Shown here: positions 27,332 to 38,095 of the stretch, piece after piece | Layout: each line of letters begins with the position of its first letter | Numbering within the stretch: the stretch's first letter is position 1 | Source of the DNA: Candidatus Bathyarchaeota archaeon | GTDB lineage: Archaea > Thermoproteota > Bathyarchaeia > Bathyarchaeales > Bathycorpusculaceae | NCBI GenBank assembly: GCA_963702095.1 | Contig: OY969706.1 | Coordinates: forward strand, 640,001-704,000 | DNA length: 64,000 nucleotides | Direction: 5' to 3' | Made by a program: the position numbers and the translations under genes | Notes under the pieces: model-generated | Told to the model about the DNA's origin: nothing | The model's database searches: none | Seen by the model: the letters and a program-made list of their open reading frames with translations, nothing else

Positions 27332-30300
27332 TTGACAACTATACAAAAAGTCCAAAAAGAAGACATTCACTATCTCCTCAAAACATTCTTCAACGATAAA
27401 GGCCTAGTCCGCCAGCACCTCGACAGCTACAACGAATTCATCGACCATGGACTCCAAGAAGTCGTGGACGAAGTCGCCGAAATCCCCATCGAAGTGCCAG
27501 AGAGCCCATACAAAGTTAAGCTAGGCCAAATCTGGGTCATAGACCCGCAGAGCCGCATCACCGGTCCCTACGCAACCGAAGTAGACGGCACCAAACATGA
27601 AATTTACCCCATGGAAGCAAGACTTAGAAACTTGGCGTATTCCGCGCCTATAGCGTTGGAAATGACTCCGGTCATCGACGGCAGAGAACAAGACACGGAG
27701 TTAGTCTACATCGGCAACATCCCCGTCATGTTAAAAAGCAAACTTTGCTTCCTAAGCCAGCTGAGCCGCGAAGAACTTATCGCAGCAGGCGAAGACCCAG
27801 ACGATCCTGGAGGATACTTTGTCGTTAACGGTTCTGAGCGCGTCATCGTCGCCATGGAGGACTTGGCGCCCAACCGCGTCATAGTTGACATCGACGAAAA
27901 AGGAACCAGTCCCATTTTCCAAGCAAAAATCTTCTCAACCACTGTAGGCTTCCGCGCACGCATAGAGCTCAAGCTCAAAAGCGACGACGCAATCTACGTC
28001 ACCATGCCCGGTGTCCCCACAGAAATCCCCTTCGTCGTCATCATGCGCGCCCTAACACTCGAAAAAGACAAAGACATCGCCGAAGCAGTCAGCCTAGACC
28101 CCGACACCCAAACCCAACTGGGCGCTTCATTCGAAAAAGCCATCGGCGTAGACACACCCCAAGACGCCATCCTCTTCATCGGCAACCGCGTCGCCCATGG
28201 ACAAGTCGAAGAATACAGGCTTCAGAAAGCCGAAACCGCCCTCGACAAAAACTTCCTGCCGCACTTGGGCAGAAGCGATAAAAACCGCCGCGATAAAGCC
28301 ATATTTTTAGGCGAAATGGCATACCGCGTTATCCAACTCAAGACGGGCAGGCGCCAACCAGACGACAAAGACCACTTCAAAAACAAACGTCTACGACTCG
28401 GCGGTCCACTCTTAGCAGACCTCTTCCGAGTCTCCTTCCGCAATCTTACACGTGACATCAAGTATCAGCTTGAACGCATAGGCGTTAAGGGCCCAATAAT
28501 CACTGTCTCAGCCGCAGTCCGCCCCGGCATCATCACCGAACGGTTCCAGCATGCATTGGCAACTGGCAACTGGGGCAGAGGCAGAGTCGGCATCACCCAA
28601 CTACTCGACCGAACAAACTACATCTCAACCCTTAGCCACCTACGAAGGCTCCAGTCGCCATTGAGCAGAAGCCAACCTAACTTCGAAGCCAGAGACTTAC
28701 ACCCCACCCACTGGGGCAGACTCTGTCCAAACGAGACGCCTGAAGGCTCAAACTGCGGTCTCGTAAAAAACCTCGCGTTATCCGCTTCCATCGCCGTCGG
28801 CGTAAACCCCGACCGCATCCGCCAACTACTCTTCGAAATGGGCACGGTCCCAGCATACGAAGCCACCAACGAACTGCGCATAAACGGCGCCAAAGTCTTC
28901 GTTGACGGAAACATAATCGGCTACTGCAACAACCCCCAAGATATGGTGCAGAATTTCCGCCAAAGACGACGTGCAGGCGAAATCTCCACAGAAGTCAACG
29001 TAACCTACTTCTCCAAGCAGCAAACCGAAACCGAAGAACTCCACGCTAACTGCGACGAAGGCAGAGTCCGCCGCCCACTCATCATTGTGGAAAACGGCAT
29101 TGCGAAATTGCAGGGTAAGCACTTCGAGAAAATCGGGTTAGGCGAATGGACTTGGGAAGACCTTGTCAAAAACGGCTTAGTCGAATACCTTGACGCTGAG
29201 GAAGAGGAAAACGCTTACATCGCTCTTAGCTACGAAACCATAGCGCCCGATTCAACTCATGTTGAAATCGCCACCTACACCATACTTGGTATCTGCGCAT
29301 CCACTATCCCCTATCCAGAGCACAACCAGTCACCACGCAACTCCTACCAAGCAGCCATGGCAAAACAAGCTTTAGGCGTCTACGGCACAAACTTCCATCA
29401 CCGCGTCGACAGTCGCAGCCACATTCTCCACTACCCTCAGGTGCCACTGGTCCAAACCGAAAACATGGAAGTCATGGGCTACAAGCAACGTCCCACAGGG
29501 CAAAACTGCGTTGTCGCCGTGTTATCGTTTGAAGGATACAACATGGAAGACGCCATCATATTCAATAAAGCCTCAATAGAAAGGGGCTTAGCACGCAGCA
29601 CCTTCTACCGCATCTACGAAGCTGAGTGCCGCCAGTACCTCGGTGGACTCAAAGACCAATTCAGAATACCCGAGGCAGGCACACGTGGTTACAGAGGCGA
29701 ACAATACTACCGCTTACTAGAACCCGACGGAATCATTGGTCTCGAATCAACGGTTGTCGGCGGAGACGTGCTTATCGGCAGAATCAGCCCCCCAAGATTC
29801 CTCGAAGAATACAAGGAATTCGAAGTCAAGGGACCCAGCATGCGTGACACCTCTGTTGACATGCGCCCGTCTGAAACAGGCATCGTGGATGGCATATTCA
29901 TCACTGAAAGCGGCGAAGGCAGCCAACTCGTCAAAGTCCGCGTCAGAGACCAACGTGTCCCTGAACTCGGAGACAAATTCGCCAGCCGCCATGGACAGAA
30001 AGGAGTCATCGGCTTAATCGTGCCCCAAGAAGACTTACCCTTCACAGACGACGGCATCGTCCCCGACTTAATCATCAACCCGCACGCTATCCCCAGCCGT
30101 ATGACCATCGGACAATTCATCGAGTCACTCTCAGGCAAAGTCGCAGCGGCAAGTGGCAAACCAGGCGACGGCACGCCCTTCACCAATGAAGGACCCGACG
30201 AAGTACGCAAAAACCTCACAAAACACGGATTCAGCCACACAGGCAGCGAAGTCTTCTATAACGGCAAATCAGGAGAAAAATTCGTCGCCGATGTTTTCGT

Positions 30301-30706
30301 AGGCTTAGTTTACTACCAGAAACTCCACCACATGGTCGCTGACAAAATCCACGCTCGCGCTCGTGGCCAAGTGCAGATGCTCACTCGCCAGCCAACTGAA
30401 GGCCGTGCGAGGGGTGGTGGTCTGCGTTTCGGAGAAATGGAGCGGGACTGCCTAATCGGACACGGCGCCGCTATGCTACTGCGTGACAGATTGCTGGAGG
30501 AGTCAGACAAGTACACGCTCTACATCTGCGAGAACTGTGGGCAAATCGCTTACTTCGATATGAAACAGAGGCGTTATGTCTGCAAAATCTGTGACGAAAA
30601 AGCCAAGATCGCCCCAGTAATCGTATCATACGCTTTCAAGCTTCTCTTACAGGAGCTGCAGAGCCTATGCATCACACCCAAACTCAAACTTAAGGAGAAG
30701 GCATAA
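27332..30706 (+). CDS. rpoB: DNA-directed RNA polymerase subunit B (Rpo2, unsplit)
   Basis: GDKFASRHGQKG, KLHHMVADK and GGLRFGEMERD motifs. Confidence 0.98.
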   Translation: MTTIQKVQKEDIHYLLKTFFNDKGLVRQHLDSYNEFIDHGLQEVVDEVAEIPIEVPESPYKVKLGQIWVIDPQSRITGPYATEVDGTKHEIYPMEARLRNLAYSAPIALEMTPVIDGREQDTELVYIGNIPVMLKSKLCFLSQLSREELIAAGEDPDDPGGYFVVNGSERVIVAMEDLAPNRVIVDIDEKGTSPIFQAKIFSTTVGFRARIELKLKSDDAIYVTMPGVPTEIPFVVIMRALTLEKDKDIAEAVSLDPDTQTQLGASFEKAIGVDTPQDAILFIGNRVAHGQVEEYRLQKAETALDKNFLPHLGRSDKNRRDKAIFLGEMAYRVIQLKTGRRQPDDKDHFKNKRLRLGGPLLADLFRVSFRNLTRDIKYQLERIGVKGPIITVSAAVRPGIITERFQHALATGNWGRGRVGITQLLDRTNYISTLSHLRRLQSPLSRSQPNFEARDLHPTHWGRLCPNETPEGSNCGLVKNLALSASIAVGVNPDRIRQLLFEMGTVPAYEATNELRINGAKVFVDGNIIGYCNNPQDMVQNFRQRRRAGEISTEVNVTYFSKQQTETEELHANCDEGRVRRPLIIVENGIAKLQGKHFEKIGLGEWTWEDLVKNGLVEYLDAEEEENAYIALSYETIAPDSTHVEIATYTILGICASTIPYPEHNQSPRNSYQAAMAKQALGVYGTNFHHRVDSRSHILHYPQVPLVQTENMEVMGYKQRPTGQNCVVAVLSFEGYNMEDAIIFNKASIERGLARSTFYRIYEAECRQYLGGLKDQFRIPEAGTRGYRGEQYYRLLEPDGIIGLESTVVGGDVLIGRISPPRFLEEYKEFEVKGPSMRDTSVDMRPSETGIVDGIFITESGEGSQLVKVRVRDQRVPELGDKFASRHGQKGVIGLIVPQEDLPFTDDGIVPDLIINPHAIPSRMTIGQFIESLSGKVAAASGKPGDGTPFTNEGPDEVRKNLTKHGFSHTGSEVFYNGKSGEKFVADVFVGLVYYQKLHHMVADKIHARARGQVQMLTRQPTEGRARGGGLRFGEMERDCLIGHGAAMLLRDRLLEESDKYTLYICENCGQIAYFDMKQRRYVCKICDEKAKIAPVIVSYAFKLLLQELQSLCITPKLKLKEKA

Positions 30707-30707
30707 G

Positions 30708-33700
30708 ATGGCACAACAGGAAGAATTAATCCACAAAATAGTAGACGAAATATCATTCGGACTAATCTCACCAAAAGACCTCAGAAAACAATCCGTCGTA
30801 GAAATACAAACCCCAGACACCTACGACGAAGACGGTGCACCCATCACCGCAGGCCTCATGGACGGACGCCTCGGCACCCTCGAACCACGTCAACGCTGCA
30901 AAACCTGCGGCAACACAGCCATCCGCTGCCCCGGACACTTCGGACACATCGAACTCGCAGTACCCATAGTTCACATTGAATTCACCAAAATCATCTTCGA
31001 CCTCTTAAAAGCAACTTGCCGCACATGCGGACGCATCCTACTCTCCGAAGAAGCATCCAAAAAAGCCCGCCAACGCATCGAACGCTTCAACGAACTCCTA
31101 GGCACCATCCCAGACGAAGTCTACAAAGAAATCATGACCGACATCAAAGCCAAACAATGCCCCTACTGCGCTGCTCCACAATTCAAAATCACCTTTGAGA
31201 AACCAACCAAATTCATTGAGCAAACTGAAGCAGGCTCTGAACCGCTCACACCCAGCATGATCCGCGAACGCCTTGAACGCGTCAGCGACGAAGACCTCGA
31301 AATCTTGGGTTTCAACCCCAAAGTTGCACGCCCAGAATGGATGGTTCTACAAGTATTGCCCGTTCCCCCAGTGTATGTGCGCCCATCAATCACACTTGAA
31401 TCAGGTATCCGCAGTGAAGACGACTTAACCCATAAACTCGTCGACATTATCCGCATTAACCAGCGCCTCAAAGAAAACATGGAGGCAGGTGCGCCAACAC
31501 TTATCATCCAAGACCTCAGCGAATTGTTGCAGTACCACGTTACTACTTACTTTAACAACGAAGCCTCAGGTATCCCGCCTGCACGCCACCGCAGCGGCAG
31601 AGCACTCAAAACATTGAGCCAACGGTTGAAAGGCAAAGAAGGCCGATTCCGAAGCAACCTCTCAGGCAAACGTGTCGACTTCTCTGCACGTACCGTCATC
31701 TCACCTGACCCTAACCTTGACATAAACGAAGTCGGTGTCCCAAAAGACGTCGCTATGCGCCTCAGTGTCCCCGAAAAAGTTACCACTTGGAACATCGAGG
31801 AAATGAGGAAACTCGTCATCAACGGACCCGAAACCTACCCTGGCGCACTATACATTATTCGCCCAGACGGCAAACGCATCCGCCTCGAGTTCGTCGTGGA
31901 CCGCACCAAAATCGCCGAGGCAGTCGAATTAGGCTTCGTTGTCGAACGCCACCTCAAAAACGGCGACATCGCAATCTTTAACCGACAGCCCTCACTCCAC
32001 CGCATGTCCATCATGGCACACTACGTCCGCGTATTGCCCTACAAGACTTTCCGTATGCACCTCTGTGTCTGTCCACCCTACAACGCAGACTTTGACGGCG
32101 ACGAAATGAACCTCCACGTTCCACAGAGCGAGGAAGCCCGAACCGAATCGCTGCTGCTCATGCAGGTGCAAGACCAAATCCTCTCACCTAGATTCGGCGG
32201 ACCCATCATCGGTGCCATCAGAGACTTCATCACAAGCGCCTACTATTTTACCAAGAGAGGCAGTTACCTTACCCGCGGCGAAGTCGACCGACTTTTAACA
32301 AGCACCACCTACCAAGGTGACTTGCCCGAACCTGAAATCAAGGAACCCGAACCTAAATGGTCAGGCAAACAAATCTTCAGTTTATTCCTACCCAAAACAC
32401 TCAACTACATCCTAAAAGCCAACATCTGCCAAGGCTGCAACAAATGTGAAGAAGAAGAATGCAAACACGACGCCTACGTAGTCGTCCGCAACGGACAATT
32501 AGTTTCAGGCATCATTGACCGCCGCAGCATCGGCTCTGAACAATCCGAAAGCTTACTTCACAGAATCATCAAAGACTACGGCACACAAGCCGGACGTGAG
32601 TTCCTCAACAACGTCACTCACCTGCTTAAACTCTACATCTCCCTGCGTGGCTTCAGCTACACCTATGACCAATTGGTCTTGTCGCCGAGAGCACGCAATC
32701 GCATGGCAAAAACCATGGATCGCACACAGAAGAAAATCGAAGAACACATCGTCAATTTCAACAACGGCACACTCCCGCGACTCCCAGGTCAAACACTCGA
32801 GGAATCATTCGAAATCTATGTTATGCATGAACTTTCAATAGCCAGAGACGAATCAGGCAAGATAGCAGACGACGACTTCACTCTCGAAAACGCGGGCATC
32901 GTTATGACCCGTACAGGCGCAAGGGGCTCAAGCCTCAACATCGGCCAAATGGCAGCTTGCGTTGGTCAACAGTCAGTTCGAGGCAAACGTATCCTTAGAG
33001 GCTATGCAGGGCGTGCATTACCCCATTTCAAACCCAATGATCCACTGCCAAAGGCAAGAGGCTTCGTTTACAACAGCTACCAAACAGGCTTAGACGCAAT
33101 TGAGTTCTTCTTCCACGCTATGGGTGGCAGAGAAGGATTAGTCGACACAGCCGTCCGCACCCAGCAAAGCGGTTACATGCAGCGCAGACTCATCAACGCA
33201 TTAGAACACATTCGCCTAGAATACGACAGCACAGTCCGCGACAGCGCAGGCGACATCATCCAGTTCCGCTATGGCGAAGACGGCGTGGACCCAGCAAAAA
33301 GCGACCACGGCAAAGCCGTAAACGTCAGCCGACTCATCGACCAAGTTAGACTTGGCGAAGAAAAAGGCGAAACCGCCTCAACCGAATACATAAAGAAGCA
33401 ACTTAAAAAAGTCGAAGACCAAATTACCCCAATACTGCTAAATCAGCTTAAACAGAACTTCACCAAACACAAGCTTACAGAAAAAGGCGTTGAAAAAGCC
33501 GTATCCGTCACAGCCCAGCAGTACAAACGTGCTTTAATGGAGCCAGGCGAAGCAGTCGGCATCGTCGCAGCTCAATCAATCGGTGAACCCGGCACACAGA
33601 TGACTCTTAGAACCTTCCACTATGCAGGTGTCAAAGAGCAAAACGTCACCTTAGGGTTGCCTCGACTCATCGAAATTGTGGATGCACGCAGAATCCCCTC

Positions 33701-34544
33701 GACCCCAATCATGACAATCTTCTTAATGGGCGACCATGCAAAAAGCAGAGAAGGCGCCGTAGAAGTCGCACGTAATATCATCTACACCTCAGTCTTGGAC
33801 TTAGCATCATCAATCTATGAGGATCCAGTGCGCGAAGAAATAATCATCGAACTCAACAAGCAGATGATGGACGACCGCAACATCACCATGGACGAGATTA
33901 AAGCGAAAATGGAACTCCAAAACGCCACTGTAACAGTCACCGACACAACAGTCGAAATCAAACCCAAGAAAGCTGAACAAATAAAACGCATGCTCACCAA
34001 AGTGCCTGGATACCAAGTTAAAGGTGTCCCAGACATCAAACGTGTACTGGTTACAGAGGAAAGCGGCGAATGGGTTATCCGCACCGACGGCTCAAACCTC
34101 AGTAAAGTCCTCGAAGTTGAAGGCGTAGACACTTCACGCACAACCACCAACAACATCCACGAAATCGCCAAAACCCTCGGTGTCGAAGCAAGTCGCAACG
34201 CACTCGTCCACGAAGCAAAGGGCGTCCTCGAAGACCAAGGACTCGACGTTGATGTCCGCCACGTTATGCTCGTAGCAGACATGATGACCACCACAGGCGA
34301 TGTCCAACAGATCGGTCGGCACGGTATCAGTGGCAAGAAAGCCAGTGTGCTGGCGCGCGCCGCATTCGAAATCACCGTTCCCAACATTGTTGAAGCAGCC
34401 GTGAAAGGTGAAAGTGATCCTCTGGCTGGAGTGACAGAAAACGTTATAGTTGGGCAATCTATACCAATCGGCACAGGCTTAGTTGAATTGTACATGTCAA
34501 CTTTCGAACGTCAAAGTAAAGATGGAGGTAAAACCGAAGCATGA
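30708..34544 (+). CDS. rpoA: DNA-directed RNA polymerase subunit A, fused A'+A'' (Rpo1)
   Basis: NADFDGDEMN active site and GEPGTQMTLRTFH in a single 1278-aa ORF. Confidence 0.98.
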   Translation: MAQQEELIHKIVDEISFGLISPKDLRKQSVVEIQTPDTYDEDGAPITAGLMDGRLGTLEPRQRCKTCGNTAIRCPGHFGHIELAVPIVHIEFTKIIFDLLKATCRTCGRILLSEEASKKARQRIERFNELLGTIPDEVYKEIMTDIKAKQCPYCAAPQFKITFEKPTKFIEQTEAGSEPLTPSMIRERLERVSDEDLEILGFNPKVARPEWMVLQVLPVPPVYVRPSITLESGIRSEDDLTHKLVDIIRINQRLKENMEAGAPTLIIQDLSELLQYHVTTYFNNEASGIPPARHRSGRALKTLSQRLKGKEGRFRSNLSGKRVDFSARTVISPDPNLDINEVGVPKDVAMRLSVPEKVTTWNIEEMRKLVINGPETYPGALYIIRPDGKRIRLEFVVDRTKIAEAVELGFVVERHLKNGDIAIFNRQPSLHRMSIMAHYVRVLPYKTFRMHLCVCPPYNADFDGDEMNLHVPQSEEARTESLLLMQVQDQILSPRFGGPIIGAIRDFITSAYYFTKRGSYLTRGEVDRLLTSTTYQGDLPEPEIKEPEPKWSGKQIFSLFLPKTLNYILKANICQGCNKCEEEECKHDAYVVVRNGQLVSGIIDRRSIGSEQSESLLHRIIKDYGTQAGREFLNNVTHLLKLYISLRGFSYTYDQLVLSPRARNRMAKTMDRTQKKIEEHIVNFNNGTLPRLPGQTLEESFEIYVMHELSIARDESGKIADDDFTLENAGIVMTRTGARGSSLNIGQMAACVGQQSVRGKRILRGYAGRALPHFKPNDPLPKARGFVYNSYQTGLDAIEFFFHAMGGREGLVDTAVRTQQSGYMQRRLINALEHIRLEYDSTVRDSAGDIIQFRYGEDGVDPAKSDHGKAVNVSRLIDQVRLGEEKGETASTEYIKKQLKKVEDQITPILLNQLKQNFTKHKLTEKGVEKAVSVTAQQYKRALMEPGEAVGIVAAQSIGEPGTQMTLRTFHYAGVKEQNVTLGLPRLIEIVDARRIPSTPIMTIFLMGDHAKSREGAVEVARNIIYTSVLDLASSIYEDPVREEIIIELNKQMMDDRNITMDEIKAKMELQNATVTVTDTTVEIKPKKAEQIKRMLTKVPGYQVKGVPDIKRVLVTEESGEWVIRTDGSNLSKVLEVEGVDTSRTTTNNIHEIAKTLGVEASRNALVHEAKGVLEDQGLDVDVRHVMLVADMMTTTGDVQQIGRHGISGKKASVLARAAFEITVPNIVEAAVKGESDPLAGVTENVIVGQSIPIGTGLVELYMSTFERQSKDGGKTEA

Positions 34545-34843
34545 TAGACATAGATAAAGCGTTAGCGTCAGTAGTGAAAACCGGTAAGGTATCCTTTGGA
34601 TCCAATACTGCATTGCAGAACGCCAAAACAGGGAAGGCTAAAATGATTGTTTTAGCCGCAAACTGTCCACAAGACATAAAAGAACAAATTGAATACTATG
34701 GAGAACTCTCTAAAGTTCCCGTTATAACCTACAAAGGTGGCTCGATGGATCTCGCCGAAGTCTGCAGCAAACTCTTCATTATCTCTGCAATGAGCATCCG
34801 CGAAACTGGGGACTCCGATATTCTCAAATTAGTTGAATCATAA
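34541..34843 (+). CDS. rpl30e: 50S ribosomal protein L30e
   Basis: KTGKV.FG...GKAKMIVLAANCP...GDSDIL; canonical position after rpoA. Confidence 0.95.
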   Translation: MIDIDKALASVVKTGKVSFGSNTALQNAKTGKAKMIVLAANCPQDIKEQIEYYGELSKVPVITYKGGSMDLAEVCSKLFIISAMSIRETGDSDILKLVES

Positions 34844-34852
34844 AAAAAATAA

Positions 34853-35308
34853 ATGGAGGAAAAAAAGAAACTGACCACTGGCATAAAAATTACCTGCGAC
34901 GAAATGCGATACATAGCTCTATTTGAAAGCATCAGCGGCGCCAGCGTAAAAGACTGCATCGTAGACGAGGTTGAGCAACGAGCAATATTCATCGTCAACC
35001 AAGGCCAAGTCGGCGTAGCAATCGGCAAAGGCGGACGCAACATCCACACCCTTGAACGCATGACCGGCAAGAAACACGAAATCATCGAGTACAGCGAAGA
35101 CCCAGTCACTTTCATGAAAAACGCCTTGAAACCCGCAGCAGTTAGAGAAATCCGTGTCACCGAACGCACCGACGGCAAAAAGATGGCAGTCATCACAATT
35201 AACCCTAAAGATAAGGGCGTCGCAATAGGTAAGAACGGCAAGAACGCCGAACGTTTGCGCTTTTTGGCAAAACGGTACTTTGACATTCAGAACGTAAGCA
35301 TCACCTAA
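34853..35308 (+). CDS. nusA: Archaeal NusA (two KH domains)
   Basis: AIGKGGRNI and AIGKNGKNA GxxG loops. Confidence 0.95.
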   Translation: MEEKKKLTTGIKITCDEMRYIALFESISGASVKDCIVDEVEQRAIFIVNQGQVGVAIGKGGRNIHTLERMTGKKHEIIEYSEDPVTFMKNALKPAAVREIRVTERTDGKKMAVITINPKDKGVAIGKNGKNAERLRFLAKRYFDIQNVSIT

Positions 35309-35500
35309 GCTCAGTTCGCAGCGTCGGCTGGCTAGGTGACGAATCGTTGCTGATTCATGTTATTGTTAAATAAGCAGATTCCCACCCTAGAGTTCTTCCT
35401 AAACAGTTTAGTCCAGAAACCTTGACTAAGCTTTGTCAAGGAATCTGAACAAATAATCTTTTATTGCAAATTAAAAAGGAAGTGCTAGTGGTGAAAGCAC

Positions 35501-37036
35501 ATGAAAAAAATTGGTGTCTTTACAGTTCTAGCGTTGCTGACTTTGCTCTTGTTGTGTTTTTTTACTTCCTCGGTTAGTTCAGGTTCAAACGAAAACTCTG
35601 CCGCATCCAGAGATAATTGGTCAACCTACCGCCATGACCCTTCAGGCTCCGGATTCTCCACCTCACCTGCCGCCAACTGCAGCCTACTTTGGCGATTCTT
35701 CACCGGCGCATCCCTCACAGTGCCTTCCCTGACTGACCGTTTACGTGCAACCCCCACCGTCGCCGACGGCGTCCTCTACATGGGCACCAACAACAGCTGC
35801 TTCTATGCTCTCAACGCATCCACTGGACTCCCTCTCTGGCAAGTCAACACGGATAGCGTTATCATATCTTCAGCTGCAGTTTCAAAAGGAGTGGTGTATA
35901 TTGGATTTTTATGGGATGGGCATAAGGGCTACATTGATGCCTATAACACTACTGATGGCTTCTTAGTTTGGCGGTTCGCTGTTAGTGGTGGCGTCGAATC
36001 TTCGCCTACTGTAGTTGACGGCGTTGTTTACGTTGGGTCAGAATGCGGCGTCTACGCGTTAAACGCCACTAACGGCGCTTTACTGTGGACTTGTCCTACG
36101 GCTCAATCGGCACTTTCTTCTCCAGCCGTTGCCAACGGCACCGTTTACATCGGTTCAATGACAGGTAACGTCTACGCCTTAAACGCAGCCAACGGCAAAA
36201 TTATTTGGGTGTTTCAAGCCCCAACTTCTGTCTACGCTTCCCCCGCAGTCGTCAATGGCACAGTCTACATTAACTCCGATGACGGCATACTCTATGCTCT
36301 GCGGGCAAGTGATGGCTCAAAAATTTGGCAAGCCCCCTTCGGCTCAGGCACAGACCACGCTGACGATTCCCCCGCAGTCGCATACGGCATCGTCTATGTG
36401 GGTACACGCAACGGCTACTACGCTTTCAACGCCACCGACGGCCGCCAAATCTGGTTCTTCACTTCACCCTACTCCAATCGGTACCTCACTGGCTTCATGT
36501 ATTCTTCACCGGCAGTCGCAGGCAACCTCGTATACTTTGGGTTCATCGACAGCTATGTGTTCGCTTTAGACGCGTTTAACGGCTCTGTAGTGTGGGCTTA
36601 CCGCACAGGCGGATTTCTGTTTTCTTCACCCACAATAGTTGACGGCACCCTCTACATTGGATCCTACGACGGCTACATCTACGCTTTAGGCGGTTCCACC
36701 GCTTCTTACCCGCCAATGCCATCGCCTACGCCTCAACCCACAGCAACTCCAACACCTACACCAACTCCTATACCCGAGCCTACCTCGGCGTCTTCCACGG
36801 CGGTCGCAGCCACGCCCACATCAACACCCCAACCCTCGGCGACGCCTTACCCCAACCCTGACCCCACAGTGGACCAAGTCGCATCTGATAACTCGATAGT
36901 TTACCCCCCAATAAACCCACAAACCACTAAGCCAACTGAAGATGAATCCATAAACTGGGTAATATTAGCAGCCATAGCTATCGTGGCAGCCATAACGATT
37001 GTGACAATGTTTCGTGTTTTTAAGATTCAGCCTTAA
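35501..37036 (+). CDS. Secreted PQQ-type (BamB-like) beta-propeller protein with PT linker and C-terminal TM anchor
   Basis: Repeated SSPAVxxGxVYIGS...VYALNAxxG...W units. Confidence 0.9.
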   Translation: MKKIGVFTVLALLTLLLLCFFTSSVSSGSNENSAASRDNWSTYRHDPSGSGFSTSPAANCSLLWRFFTGASLTVPSLTDRLRATPTVADGVLYMGTNNSCFYALNASTGLPLWQVNTDSVIISSAAVSKGVVYIGFLWDGHKGYIDAYNTTDGFLVWRFAVSGGVESSPTVVDGVVYVGSECGVYALNATNGALLWTCPTAQSALSSPAVANGTVYIGSMTGNVYALNAANGKIIWVFQAPTSVYASPAVVNGTVYINSDDGILYALRASDGSKIWQAPFGSGTDHADDSPAVAYGIVYVGTRNGYYAFNATDGRQIWFFTSPYSNRYLTGFMYSSPAVAGNLVYFGFIDSYVFALDAFNGSVVWAYRTGGFLFSSPTIVDGTLYIGSYDGYIYALGGSTASYPPMPSPTPQPTATPTPTPTPIPEPTSASSTAVAATPTSTPQPSATPYPNPDPTVDQVASDNSIVYPPINPQTTKPTEDESINWVILAAIAIVAAITIVTMFRVFKIQP

Positions 37037-37082
37037 GGCTTCCATTTTCCTTTTTTTAAGGTATTCAATTCAGTAAAGGCAA

Positions 37083-37313
37083 CTAGACTTTCTTTTTTGG
37101 GCTCTCATGCACCGTCTCGATGTGTAGGGTTAATTCTTCTTTGGAGTTGAAGACTTTGCCGCAGACTTGGCAGGTAAACTTAGTCGGGATTGGGTTGCTA
37201 ATGGGCGGCGGAGAGGGAGGCGTTGGGGGTTCAGGAGGCGGCATAGGAGGAGGAGCAACCGGGGCTTCTGCGGGGTTAGGCTGTTTAGGGTAGGGGTAAT
37301 CTGGTTCAGTCAA
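37083..37313 (-). CDS. Pro-rich C2H2 zinc-finger protein
   Basis: FTCQVCGKVFNSKEELTLHIETVH. Confidence 0.8.
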   Translation of the reverse strand: MTEPDYPYPKQPNPAEAPVAPPPMPPPEPPTPPSPPPISNPIPTKFTCQVCGKVFNSKEELTLHIETVHESPKKKV

Positions 37314-37428
37314 TTAGTTTCACTATTGAAATGGGTGGTTTTCTGGTTTTGATAAGCATTTGTGGGTGCACCATGGCTGTAACAGATGCCTTTTCGGTAC
37401 TCCTGCGCTTTACAGAAGGGAGAGCGTA

Positions 37429-37557
37429 CTGCTTGTAGAAAAAGCCTCAACCAGCCTGCAATCCATAGCTGATGCAGATGCCAAAAAGAGCAATTCTGCC
37501 AGGCCCGCAAGAAGATGATGAGTATGGGCAACTCTCTCTTCTTCTTAAACTAGAAAA
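37429..37557. repeat. Dispersed 129-bp intergenic repeat, copy 3
   Basis: Shares CTGCTTGT, CCTCAACCAGCC, AAGAAGATGATGAG and CTCTCTTCTTCTTAAACTAGAAAA with copy 1. Confidence 0.8.
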
Positions 37558-37637
37558 AATTTGACTTGCCTTGATTCTACATTAATGGTGTTTAAAAGGT
37601 GCGCCTCTGCATCGGCAACAAAACGACCCCTTGTAAA

Positions 37638-37910
37638 TCAGGTTTGTCTGGATTCATAAACTATAATCGAGTCAACTTTAATCTGCATCATCAAGTCGTG
37701 GCCTTCAACGATTTTCCGTATTCCACCGATGTCTTCTTTGGAAAAGTTTGCTTTTATGTTTATATGGTATCCTTCGTAGTGGGGGAAGATTGCTTTTTTG
37801 GGGTTCAAAGTTATTGTAGTGCCTTCTAAACCGGGGCATTTATCTGCGATTTCACGGATTAGGATGGCTGCTTCAGCGAATTTCATAGCGTAAACACATA
37901 GCTTTGCCAA
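37638..37910 (-). CDS. Hypothetical protein
   Basis: Protein-like composition (EAAILIREIADKCP...GYHINIK); may start at the internal Met. Confidence 0.5.
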   Translation of the reverse strand: MAKLCVYAMKFAEAAILIREIADKCPGLEGTTITLNPKKAIFPHYEGYHINIKANFSKEDIGGIRKIVEGHDLMMQIKVDSIIVYESRQT

Positions 37911-38095
37911 TAAAAAACGTTTTAGTGAAAAAACCTATTTCGCTCCAAGAAGAAGCCTGTTTATTTGCTGCTTCTGCCCCTGTTTAAAATGATTCAATCC
38001 TCACTTGGCGCTGGTAAAAAAGACACAAAACTGTCAAATCCTTTTAATAAGACTCTTTCCCCATAGTTTGACTCTCCAAAAAGAGAAGAAACCCA

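Noticed and set aside
27706-34495. Many long antisense ORFs over rpoB/rpoA, and likewise over the SMC, AOR and gmd/fcl genes
   Set aside because: Shadow frames of strongly biased coding sequence, with no motifs of their own.
30708-34544. Fused RpoA'/A'' as a novelty
   Set aside because: Unsplit Rpo1 is already known in several TACK lineages; useful for taxonomy only.
35420-35441. Inverted repeat CCTTGAC-N8-GTCAAGG upstream of the beta-propeller gene
   Set aside because: A single 7-bp arm pair could occur by chance, and no second copy was found.
36715-36870. Short tandem-like repeats here and at about 48970-49090
   Set aside because: They encode Pro/Thr linkers of secreted proteins; not a DNA-level element.
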